Source of the DNA: the human T2T-CHM13v2.0 reference genome, Homo sapiens
Assembly (NCBI RefSeq): GCF_009914755.1
Contig: NC_060929.1
DNA length: 64,000 nucleotides
Strand: one strand, 5' to 3'
The notes under the pieces are model-generated. The model saw only the letters and a program-made list of their open reading frames with translations, made no database searches and was not told the origin of the DNA. Shown one piece after another: positions 49,895-62,244 of the stretch. The position numbers and the translations under genes were made by a program. Every line of letters begins with the position of its first letter. Position 1 is the first letter of the stretch.

Positions 49895-50360
49895 CAGGGA
49901 TATCCAATCTTCTGGCTTTGCTGGGCCACACTGTTTTGGGCCACACTTGCACTGTACTTTTACAGCACTGTCACACCTATTATCTCAATTTTTGCTGGGT
50001 TTAAACAGTTTATCTATACCTTGCCATCCAACTTAATGGCACAATTTAACATTATTATACTTTGAAGCATTATTTTGAATTGAAAGAAGGTTAACATAAC
50101 AGTGGTGTGAGTTTAAGAGAATTTTAATAAGGGCTTAAAAATCACTTTTGTCCCCTTTCTTAAGTAGTATTTTCATGTATTGCTTAAAGTTTTATGAGGG
50201 CATAAACTATAGAATACACTGAAATACACTAACACTAATAATAGCTGATGAGCTTTAAAAAAAAAATCACAAAAAAACTCATAATGTTTTAAGAAAGTTT
50301 ACGAGTCTGTGTTGGGCTGCATTCAGTCGTCCTGAGCTGCATGCAGCCCATGGGAAGCGA
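49895..50360 (+). mobile_element. MER30 hAT MITE split by a ~270-bp insertion
   Basis: CAGGGATATCCAATCTTCTGGCTTTGCTGGGCCACA... then AAATACACTAACACTAATAATAGCTGATGAGC...TGTGTTGGGCTGCATTCA: the two MER30 halves. Confidence 0.8.
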
Positions 50361-53002
50361 CACTATACTAGTTTATCTATGGTAATGCAACCACAGCTGT
50401 AATCCATGATAGAATGTGCCAGGTTCCATAAAAGACACAGAGCTCTATTTAATAAGCATGAAGAAGTGGCAGGGAAGAGTTTCAGCCAAGAGATCAGGAA
50501 AGCTTCCCATAGGTAGTTACAGGCAATATAGGAGGTAATAACAAAGGCTCGTAGGTAGGAAAGCACTTGAGAGGTTCACAGAATAATTGGCCAAGTCAGA
50601 TTTTTGCAGGATTGTAGAATGCATGAGGGGAGTGGTGGAAGGAAAGAGTAGAAAGAGTGATTTGGTCATGCTTGGGAGTGTGCACTGCATTCTCGCAGAG
50701 AGAGATGGGGAGACTTGGCATTTTTAACACTTTAGAAGCTTAAGAAACCTTAGCCTTCAACTCCATTATGGAGACACAAAAACTGAACCTCCAAAAGGTT
50801 AAGTGGCTTGAAGAGAACTACAAAATTCACAGATAGGGGTCAAGAACTAAGTTCATGCCTCCCACCAATGATAGGATCAGATATATGATTCAGGAAAATT
50901 ATTTTAGCAGCAATGTGCAATATAGACTAGAGAGAAAACAAATTACCTATAGTCTAGTTTAGGAATAAAGAAAAATTGGATGTAATTGAGAATTCTTCTA
51001 TTACTAAGATACTATCATAATGTGTTTTAAAAATCTTATTCACTGTGATGTGCCAGACTGAAATGTTAGCTTGGCCACAGAAAAATTCCCTACCTTGGCT
51101 ATAGGGCTTCAGTGAAGGAGATAATAAGAAAACAGTTTTGTGCCAATTACATCAGTAACATACGTTGCCACTTGTGCCAGTTCAGCTCTTCATGGAGAGT
51201 GGTGAATCACTGACATGAATGTTGGAGGTAATTTCAACAACTGTGAATGGGAAAAGCAGTTTTTTCAAAGAAAGTAAATTTCACTGAAACCTGTGATCAA
51301 ATATTATTTCTATAATAACAACTAAGAGTAAGATTTTCCTAAATGCCTACATTTCATTGCATTACCTACATAATGGTATACGCTTATACACAATGCTATG
51401 GAAACACGGGTGAAGCACATGATCATAAAACAGACAAGGCTGATTTTTATGTGTGGTTTGCAGAAAGCAGCCTTGTTACTTTATAATCATACCTTGTCAT
51501 AATCACTAGCAGGACCACCCCAAGAAATGCCAAACTGAATCCATTAAACCTAAAATTAAAGAGCCTAACATAATACTTGTCCTCCTTGATGATAACCTTG
51601 AAAAGTTTAGATTAGCCCTATTTTCCTTTAATACCCTGTCTGGATCGATCATCTAAGAAATTATCTTACGATTTTCTGTATCTGTATTTTCTAATGACAC
51701 TTGCATTGTACTTTTACAGCACTGTCACACCTATTATCTCAATTATTGCTGGGTTTAAACAGTTTATAGCTTGCCATCTAGCTTAATGGCACAATTTAAC
51801 ATTATTATACTTTGAAGCACTATTTTGAATTGAAAGAAGGTTAACATATCTATAACACTGGTCTAAGTTTAAGAGAATTTTAATGAGGCCTTAAAAAATC
51901 ACTTTTGTCCCCTTTCTTAAGTAGCACATTTTCATGTACTGCTTAAAGTTTTATGAGGGCACAGACTATGACACTGTGTCCTCCAGTGTGCCCATATCAC
52001 ACAGGTGCCCAAAAGGCTTGCTCAAGTAATGAAATGAGCAGTGATAACAGGTCAACTTTGGGTGCAGCTGTGTGGTATAAAGATCACTAGAGCTGACTCG
52101 GCCTATCAGGATGCCTAGGCAATCTACTGTGTAGGTTTATCTTTCGCTGCTGGCCTCTTAGATGTTGACCAGGCTTCAGCCACAGACCTTCCCTTCACAT
52201 TCTACACACCATCTAAGCAGAGTGCTCCACTCCCATAGCCTTACCTCCTATTATGTGTGTGGGTAACACCCAAATCATTGTCTTTGACTCTGACTTCTTT
52301 CCTAAGCTACAAATTATATCTCTTACTATTAACTATTTGCATTCCTATGTCTGACTAACCTCAACACAACAAGCCCCAGACTGGATGTCATCATCATCCC
52401 CTTAACCCCTGCCCCTTGTGAGGTGTTGTCATGTCAGTAAACAGCCCCACCCAATTGCTTAACAGTAAAACCCAGGTAAACCTCATTTCCTCTTTTACCT
52501 ACCCACACTGAATCAATCACCAACTCCTAGTGACTCTACCACCAAAAATGTATCTTCAATTTATCCACTTCTCTCCTTACCTATTGAGACCACATCTCAG
52601 CCACACATCATTATAACTCACCAGAATTACTCCTAACTGGTAAACTTTGTCTCCAATCTACTTTCTAGCCAGAATTATCTTTCCAAAATGTGAATCTGCT
52701 TTAAAATCCTTAAATGGCTTCCTGCCATCTGTAGGATAATGCCAAACCTCTTGTCATGGCCTACAGGTCCTTAAAGAGCTGGAAACTACCTTGTAAGTTA
52801 TCCTATACGATGGCAAAATGAATGAAGTACACAGTCTAGAGGAACCAGACTGACTTCTTGCTTTCCAGCTGTCTCATAATAGGCAAATTACTTGATTTCT
52901 TTGTCCCTCAGTGTCCTCATCTGTAAAATGGGAATATTAATACTCATTTCACAGTGCAGTTGTGAATATTAAATGAGATAGAATACAATGTTTGATATAG
53001 TA

Positions 53003-53237
53003 TCTGACATATTTGACTTATAAATATTAGTCAATATTAGCTACAGTTACTATCTACTTAATTTCTCACTTACCTCCCATTTGTATTTGAGTTCTATCCA
53101 CAGAAAACATCTTTCATTCTGACATATTTGACACATAAATATTAGTCAATATTAGCTACAGCTACTACCTCTGTACTTAATTTCTCACTTATCTCCCATC
53201 TGTATTTGAGTTCCATCCATAGAAAACATCTTTCATT
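53003..53237. repeat. Two-copy tandem duplication, ~115-120 bp unit
   Basis: TCTGACATATTTGAC...AGAAAACATCTTTCAT at 53003-53117 and 53118-53237. Confidence 0.9.
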
Positions 53238-54623
53238 TCCTCTTTTCACATATTTCCTCTTCCTTTACGTATCCAGTTCCTCCGACTGCAGTCTCCTCTC
53301 CCTTCAAGCCACCCCTCCTACAATTCAGATCTCCTCCTAAGTGCTACCTCCTTTGGAAAGTCCTTCTGCCCATCCTGTATGTGTTTGGTGCCCTTACTTT
53401 GTGCTAAGGTCTTGTATTTTCCTTGCCATGGCACTTGTCCCACTTTCTGTAAATTTCTCTCTCTTCACTGCTAAATTCTAAGTTCTGTGTGAAGCGTAAC
53501 CATGTCTACCTTGCTCACCACTGTATTTCCAATGCCCAGTACCAGTGCCTGGCACACAGTAGGCTTAATAAAGAGTGTACATTTCCTCTCTCACAGCTCC
53601 AGATGTACTCCTCCGCAAACTTCAGTTAGTACAAAAGCACAGTGTTCCAATAACAGCTATCTGTAGAAGGAGGTTCAAAAAGGCTGCCACAGAATAAAGA
53701 ACCTGGTCAAATAATACTGGGAAGTGCAGGTTTAAACAAAGTTAGGGTTCTGAACCATAGTAATTCTATAGTTCATAGTAATTCTATAGCAATTCATAGT
53801 ATTCTATTCTAATAGAATAGAATCTTTTCTATTACTAAAGTGCGCTGGGAATTTCCAAGTTGGGAGGTGGGGTGGAGAAGTGTGTATTTCTGAAAATGTC
53901 TCCTGCAATCAGTGTTCTGCAGTGGCAAAGCTGGTTTGAGGAGATGCTTTCCGCTACTAGAACTTCCAAGTAAGCTGGTAGTTGAGGACGAGAAAATCTT
54001 TTAAGTAATTATTCTGCAGAGTTCACCGTTTTTAGGTCAGTAACTTCTGGACATAGAATTTGAGAGTTAGAAGAAATCTTATATATAATTCAACAAAGCT
54101 CCTTCTTTTTATAAGGAAACTGAGGCCCAGAAGCACAAAGCGACCAATCTATGGCCACGGAGCAGCTACATACAACAGGAAGAGCTAGGAGTAGAACCCG
54201 CACACCCGGTGGGTCCTAGCGACTTCTAAGACAAACGATGCCTCCGGTTACCTGGGTCGGCCAAGTGTTCCCACTTCAAGTTTTAGTTTTAAGCCATACC
54301 ACAGTTAAGGTAGTTTTTCTCGGCCGCTTGCCCCCTTAGGCCTACAGTTACAGTCTCTCCCTCCTCCCTCCCTTCCACAATACACTTTCCCTGTAATCCC
54401 AAGCAGCTGGGGCTTGGCTCCTGGGGGGAAGATAGTTATTTTCTTTCCTTCAGAGTTTATGTTTGGAGTGTAAACTTTTTCATGTAAACAAAACAAACCT
54501 GTGAATTTTAAGGCCTCCGCCTAAATCCCCATGGGCGCTGCTCCGTACACGCCGCACCCTACCCTACCCTCCCTTGCGCTCCCTTCGGAGCTCGGACGCA
54601 GAGGCCCTGTAATTGCTCCTTAC

Positions 54624-54636
54624 CTGGGACTGCCAT
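54624..54636 (-). CDS. SREK1IP1: SREK1IP1 exon 1 coding part (MAVP-G)
   Basis: ACCGTC ATG GCA GTC CCA G|gtaagg; strong Kozak context; phase matches exon 2 and completes a 155-aa ORF. Confidence 0.93.
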
Positions 54637-55073
54637 GACGGTGGTAAGAGGGGTAACTCGAGCCTCTGGCTTTCGAAAAGGCGCTTGCTTCCCGCCAGCT
54701 GTGAGAACAAGGCACAGTCAAAGCGGCGTTTTCCTTCCCCCAGCGCAGCAGCACCCTCGCTACGGTCGGGAAGGGCCTGTACGCCTCTAGCGACGGCAGA
54801 ACCAGTAGATGCGGATGCAGTTTCCGGACGAGTCATATTGCAGAAGACACATGGTCCGAACCATTACTGATAGTTTTGGAGGGGGAGTTAGTTTGATCTG
54901 CACACGAGAGTAGTGTAAACACCGCCAACACTTATGAAGTGTCCCTTCTAATATTGTAATACAAATAACATAAATAACATTAAGCTATGGTAACTTTACG
55001 GACTTTTCTCGTTCCCTGGAGTACATTGGAATAACCCTTCTCAGGGTTAGCGGTGCTCGGGTCCGGTAACAAC

Positions 55074-55112
55074 ATGGCGGCGTCCGTGAGGGGCTCCTTT
55101 GGGCAGGGGTAG
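55074..55112 (+). promoter_or_regulatory. Candidate uORF (MAASVRGSFGQG*) starting in a TISU/YY1 element upstream of CWC27
   Basis: CAACATGGCGGC equals the TISU consensus SAASATGGCGGC; TAG at 55110-55112. Confidence 0.55.
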
Positions 55113-55265
55113 TGTTTGGTGTCCCTGTCTTGCGTGATATTGACAAACTGAAGCTTTCCTGCACCACTGGACTTAAGGAAGAGTGTACTCGTAGGCGGAC
55201 AGCTTTAGTGGCCGGCCGGCCGCTCTCATCCCCCGTAAGGAGCAGAGTCCTTTGTACTGACCAAG

Positions 55266-55307
55266 ATGAGCAACATCTACATCCAGGAGCCTCCCACGAA
55301 TGGGAAG
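55266..55307 (+). CDS. CWC27: CWC27 exon 1 coding part (spliceosome-associated cyclophilin-like protein)
   Basis: ATG...AAG|gtgaga encodes MSNIYIQEPPTNGK, the known CWC27 N-terminus. Confidence 0.96.
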
Positions 55308-58300
55308 GTGAGAGCCTCATCTAGGGAACTTGGGGTCCTGGGATCCCCAAAGTGAGATTTCCCGGATTTGGGGTGGGGAGTGGGTTTCAGGATCTCGTGG
55401 TAGGAAGAGACCACGAGAAGTGTTGTCTTTACTCCTGCATGTGGACAATGTTGCATCGAAACACTGATGTTGGTACTTTTCAGGATGTACTTGAAGAAGT
55501 CAAGTGGAGATTTCTCTACCTACCAGCATTCCGGTCCTATTTAATGCTTTAACCCAACTCATGCAGCCGATTTCTGGGGTCTTAGGTTTTTAAACAGACA
55601 TTTTTGAGTTTGATATATTCTTTGCTTAACTAAGGTCATTCATTCTCCATTTCTTCTACAATCATTAATTGAACGCCTGCGAGGCACTGGGCACTGTACT
55701 AGGCGCCGGAGATACAAAGATGGATGGGTAAGGTAGTTGTTTTCCCGGAAAAGCTTATAGTTTAGTTTGTGAGACAGACAGGTAAACAAAAGCCTGTATG
55801 TCTGATAAGCGTGCTTGTGGAGAAGAGACCAGGTTGCTATGGCGGTACTGAGTAGTGAACAACTGGGGAAGTTAGGAAAAGCCTCATGGAAAAGATATCT
55901 TTTGAGCTGGTTTTAAAACCTGAGATGACTGTCAGTCAGAGAAAGTGGGAAATGGGGACTATTACCACATTAGAATGGGGAAAGGTTTCTCTGATTGATT
56001 TGATGGCTAATGTATGCCAATTCCCATCCAAGATGTTTGTATGCTGTACAAGGCAGAAGAGTCTGTTGTGGAATAAGTGTCACCTGAATTCTTAAATTGA
56101 GACCTAGCTTATATCACATATGAAATTTGATGAATCAGCATATTGGAGAAAATGAGATTGGAAGTATATAGTTGAATTAAGATAAGCTAAATTTACACAA
56201 CATACCATCCTGTTTGTTACATGATTGCATCATAAATAATTTATACAGTCTTTTATTCATTGACATTTGATAATGTAATGAGAGCAATTTAAAAGTGAAA
56301 CCAAAAATGCTGTAATTCCCAGCAAAAATGTAATGGATATTTTATGGGCAGACCAATTCTTTCAATTCTTTGTTTGAACTTCTCCTGGGCATTGTAGATT
56401 AGTATGTCCATCCCACCCCTCACCTATCTTATTTAATATCAATGTGAAAACCCAAAATACCTACCTCCTCCTATTTCCAAATGTTTCTTGAGGGCAATAT
56501 CACCCCCAGTTAATAAACACTGGTAGAGATTGAATAGATTTACCATCCTGCCAGACAGGGCCTTCACACTTGCTGTTCCTCTGTCTAATCAAGTGTTGAC
56601 CTTAGCAAAGAGCCCTTTCTTATCTACTTTCTATGAAATAGCAAACTTCAATCATGCCTTGCATCCCAGCAGTCTCTGGCCCCCTTAACCTTTTTAGTTT
56701 TTTTCATGGTATTTATTAATTATTTAGTATTACTGTATCCTTCCTCCTACCTTCCCCCTATAGAATGTAAGGAACATAAGGGCAGAGACAAGCATCTGGA
56801 ACAGTACTTGATACATGATAGAAGGAGTTCAGATAGGTATTGAATAAATGAATGGATGGATGAATTAATACTATATTTTTCTTAGTTTTTGAGAAGTATT
56901 AAGCATCAGTGAGTTTGAGGTTATACTGCTGGTCAAGGACAGACTTAATTGCTTTATTCTAAAGCAAGATTTGACATGGTCATATAGATGAAAAGCTTTA
57001 ACAAGGATACATTCCTGAATAGATTATTCATTCAACAAATAATGATTGAGCAAATCAATTGCCAGGCTCTATGCTAGGTTTTAGGGAGACAATGGAAAGA
57101 AAACACAGCATTGACTCAGTTGTCATGAGTTAGTTGAGTGAAGTATACATTGACTGAATAATCATGCAAATAAATGTTTAATTACAAAATGTGATAAATA
57201 CTATCTTCTGAACAGAAATAGGCTGAATGATAACATAAGGGCCCAAGTTTTCATCCAAAAACAGCTTGGGACTTTTTCCAGCATAAGGCTCATCAAAGAT
57301 ATTAAAGCTTCTAAGTTCTGTAAGGTTAAGAGTGTGGACAAAAATTTGGTCTGTGAAGAATTTGAAGCACATGTAATAAGTCTGTTCAACGAATGTTTAT
57401 TGCCTTTACTATCTAATGGTACATTAGGTGCTGAAAGCGTACAGAGACATTCAGAGTAAATGGGACAAAATTCCTCCCTTCAAAGAACTTAGTATCAGCT
57501 TGGGAAGTAATTGATACATGATACCAGTGCTTGGTCCCTGGTTGTCCATAAATGTTCTGTGTTTTGCTGTAACCCTAGCCCCTGAAGATGAGGCAAAGAA
57601 ATGTAGTACTTGACAGAAAGTTTTTAAGCATAAGAGGTAATTCCCTGAAGATGAAATTTCCACATATTATGATCACTTATTCTAAATTGTGTCTGGCTTC
57701 TTCACTTAGTGTAATGTTGCTTTCAAATGATAGGGGTCTGTCTTCCTGTTGTACACACTTAGTTTTTAAATATCTTGAAAATCAAAATGGCTTTATAAGT
57801 ATATTTGCATATATGTTTATAAGAAACATGATATTATCAAGGTATTAATTGGGAATTTTAAGAGAAAGAGCCAAGGAGGCCTACAAAGTAGTGATGACCA
57901 AAGAGAATGTATGGCCAGAGGAGGAAGGAGCCATATACCTTCTTTATTAATTCAGTAGCTTATTAATGAAAAGATTAAGAAACCCTGGTGAGCAAAGTGG
58001 CCCGATTATATATGCATTCTTTTTACTAGGTGTAAGTTGCCTGGGGCCAAAAAACCACGTAATAATGACTATCATTTTTTGAGCACTTATTATTTGTCAT
58101 TTACTTTTCTAAGCAGTCTATGTATTACAGCTCATTTTGTCCTCACAGAAATCCTAAAAGATATTATTATCCCGTTTTTAGATTAGGAAATTAAGTGACA
58201 GAGATGTCAGATAGTGTGCGCAAGGTAACAAAGCTAGTAAATGGAAGGGCCAGTATTTGAATTTGGGCATCCTGATTCCAGAGCCTGTGGAGGGAGGGAT

Positions 58301-58324
58301 GATGTAATTAGTGTGTTCATTAGA

Positions 58325-59420
<1,096 letters not shown>

Positions 59421-60279
59421 AAGACCCCTATATAATTTGAAAGCAACATTATGCTAAGTAAAAGAAGCCAGACACAAAAGGCCACATATTGTATGATTCT
59501 GTTTATATGAAATGTTTAATAGGCAAATCTACACAGACAGAAAGTAGATTAGTGGCTGCCAGAGAGTAGGAGTAGGGGTAAATAGGGAGTGACTGCTAAT
59601 GAGTACAGGGTTTCTTTTTAGGGTGGTGAAATGTGACTTAGCATTGATGATACTGACCTATGAGAAACAGCCTCATGTTTTTGAACAGTTATATTGCATA
59701 CTCTTTACTTGAAAGAGCATTCTAAAAGATTGTGATGGTCACAAATTATTGACACTGATCTACTTTGGTATACTAGGGGAGAAAAAAGAAGAAGTAATAC
59801 TGGAGAAATTGGTTTCCAGCTATGCCACAATGTTCAAATTTAGAGCCTAACATTCTTTTTGGTTATTTGTGGTTATAAATAAGACAGTTATAAACTGTTT
59901 CCTGTGGGCCCAGCAGGGAGGGGTTCTAGTTGCAAAGTTTCTGGTTCTACCAAGGAGTATCTGCTGTTATGAGCTGGTGGAAAGGCTATCACGGGATTCT
60001 ATTTACTATAGAAGGTGATTTTAAGACATAGTATTTTAGTAAATCACAAGCCAGAATTAGATTAAGAATGTTCCTTTGTAAATTAGGAATAGCATGATGT
60101 TAAATGAGCAGAGAGAGTAAAAGGTAATTAAAAAGGGTAATTATAAAATTGTCCTATAATGTCACAATTTAATGGGTTCATTATTCTTTAATTTCTTAAT
60201 TTGCTACACAGTTTTATTGGAATTGATGCAATGGGAAACTCAATTATAACAAATTTGCATTATTGGGGTTTTGTCATGT

Positions 60280-60505
60280 TTTATTTTATTTTGAGACAGG
60301 GTCTTGCTCTGTCATCCAGGCTGGAATATAGTGGCATGATCATAGCTCACTATTACTTCAGATTCCCAGGCTCAAGTGATCCTCTCAACTCGGCCTCCCA
60401 AATAGCATGGAACACCACCATGCCTGGCTAATTAAAACAAATTTTCTTAGAGACAGGGTCTGTCTGTGTTGCCGAAGCTGTTCTTGAACTCCTAGCCTCA
60501 AGTGA
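60280..60505 (-). repeat. Alu (AluJ-like, partial)
   Basis: Reverse diverged Alu. Confidence 0.85.
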
Positions 60506-60809
60506 ACTCACTTTAGATATTACCGTTTTCTAAATGAATGAAGTTTTTTTCTGTGATTAAAAAAGATATATGCTATTGTTTTCTTAAATCCCAAACTTTT
60601 TCTGAAATGGTATTTTGAAAGATCTAAATGTACAATGAGTTGTAGTGAATATTTGACATTTTGTTGAGTATATCAACAAAAGCCAAACACAATTTTTAAT
60701 ATTTCTTTTAAAATTGAAAACTCACTAGTGATTGCTACAAGTCAAATAGTTATTCAACTGATTATTAAGCAAAATAATAATTTAATAAAATGTAATATTC
60801 TTTCTACAG

Positions 60810-60906
60810 GTTTTATTGAAAACTACAGCTGGAGATATTGACATAGAGTTGTGGTCCAAAGAAGCTCCTAAAGCTTGCAGAAATTTTATCCAACTTTGTT
60901 TGGAAG
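60810..60906 (+). CDS. CWC27: CWC27 exon 2 (cyclophilin domain start)
   Basis: tctttctacag|GTT...GAA G|gtatgt encodes VLLKTTAGDIDIELWSKEAPKACRNFIQLCLE; 97 nt. The gene continues beyond the window. Confidence 0.96.
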
Positions 60907-62184
60907 GTATGTTGACTTTTATTCTACTGGAGAAATTCTTGTTAATTTAAAAATAAACTGCAGTGTCTGCTTCACAACATTGAAGACTAGTGTTAAATAG
61001 TGGTCATGAATGACAGGTGTTGCTATGAGGATATGGTATTGAGCTGGGTGTCCGGAAGTAGAGATAAGAGATAAATGTTATCCCAAATAAATTTGAATAC
61101 TTTCAACAGAGCAGTTTATCTCAACAAATAATACTGTGATCCTCTTTGGTCTTCTTTGCTATCTTACGCTTCTTCCTTTCATTCTCTAAATTTGGGTATT
61201 CCCTAAGATTGCCTCTAGTTCTCTATTGTCATCACTCTCTAGTTGTTACTTCAGTCCAAATGACTACCACATTAAGAACTTCAGTCATTTCTTCTCTTCC
61301 TAGTACTAATTTACATATCTAATTGCCTAGTGGACTTTTCAACTGGAGCCTTCCACTGTTAGCTATAACAAAACCAGTGTAAAACCAAATTTACCAATTT
61401 CTTCCCCAGTCTGCCTTTCACCTGTATGACTGTAATTGCCTCTTGCCTGCTCCCCTTCCTGTCTTTCATCCTTAATTTCTTTTCTCTCTTCCTTGTTTAT
61501 ATGGTATTTGAATCCTCAGGCAGCTTGGCTTCCTAGCTATCCAACTTTCTAGCTCATTGCACTAACCACATGGTTTTAGTTGGACATTATTTCCTAAGCA
61601 TTTCCTTTCCGTTTCCACTTTCATACATGTCCTCATACTAGTTCCCCTTCTTTTGGTATGCTTTTTCTTCCCTTTTTTTACTGTTTAAGTCTACCCATTT
61701 TTAAATGTCTGTTCAAAATTCTAGTTTCTCCACACAGCCTTCCAGCTAGCATCCAGTGATATTATTATCAATGTCTCTAGTTTTTTTAGATTTGAGTCAT
61801 AAAGTAACTATTTTTCTTTTTTTAAAATGCTGCAGAATTATACATCCACTGAAGTGTTTTTCCCTGCAGAGTATTCTCTTAGGGAAGTAAACCTTCCATT
61901 TTTAGAGCTTTTTGTTGGCTTCTAGAATACATTACATATGGTTTGGAATATCTCCAGCGGTGGCAAATCATTGTTCTTCTAAGTTATATTTGATTTTTAG
62001 AGACAGTTTTATTCAAGGTATCAGAAAACAACATTTTGGGTCAGAAGCAAGGTGTGAAAGAGAATCCAGTAGTATGGTATGATGAGATCTCTCTAAATAG
62101 ACGTAATTATCAGGTGAAGATTTAAGAAATGAAAAATACCCAGATACCACCCCCTCTCCAAAAGAGAGAGGTGGGGAGGAGTGG

Positions 62185-62187
<3 letters not shown>

Positions 62188-62236
<49 letters not shown>
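62188..62236. repeat. (GA)n microsatellite, ~24 units
   Basis: Direct reading. Confidence 0.97.

Positions 62237-62244
<8 letters not shown>

Larger units (their letters stand above)
54500..55400. promoter_or_regulatory. CpG-rich bidirectional promoter of SREK1IP1 (-) and CWC27 (+)
   Basis: High CpG/GC content relative to the flanks; divergent ATGs 630 bp apart; YY1/TISU motif at 55070-55081. Confidence 0.88.

Noticed and set aside
53003-53835. Direct repeats considered as a CRISPR-like array
   Set aside because: Only 2-3 adjacent copies, no unique spacers, eukaryotic context and no cas genes.
54564-55324. 70-111 aa ORFs across the promoter, including minus-strand ATG at 54836
   Set aside because: Expected in GC-rich DNA. 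The 54836 ATG is out of frame with SREK1IP1 and may lie upstream of its TSS, and there is no recognisable homology.
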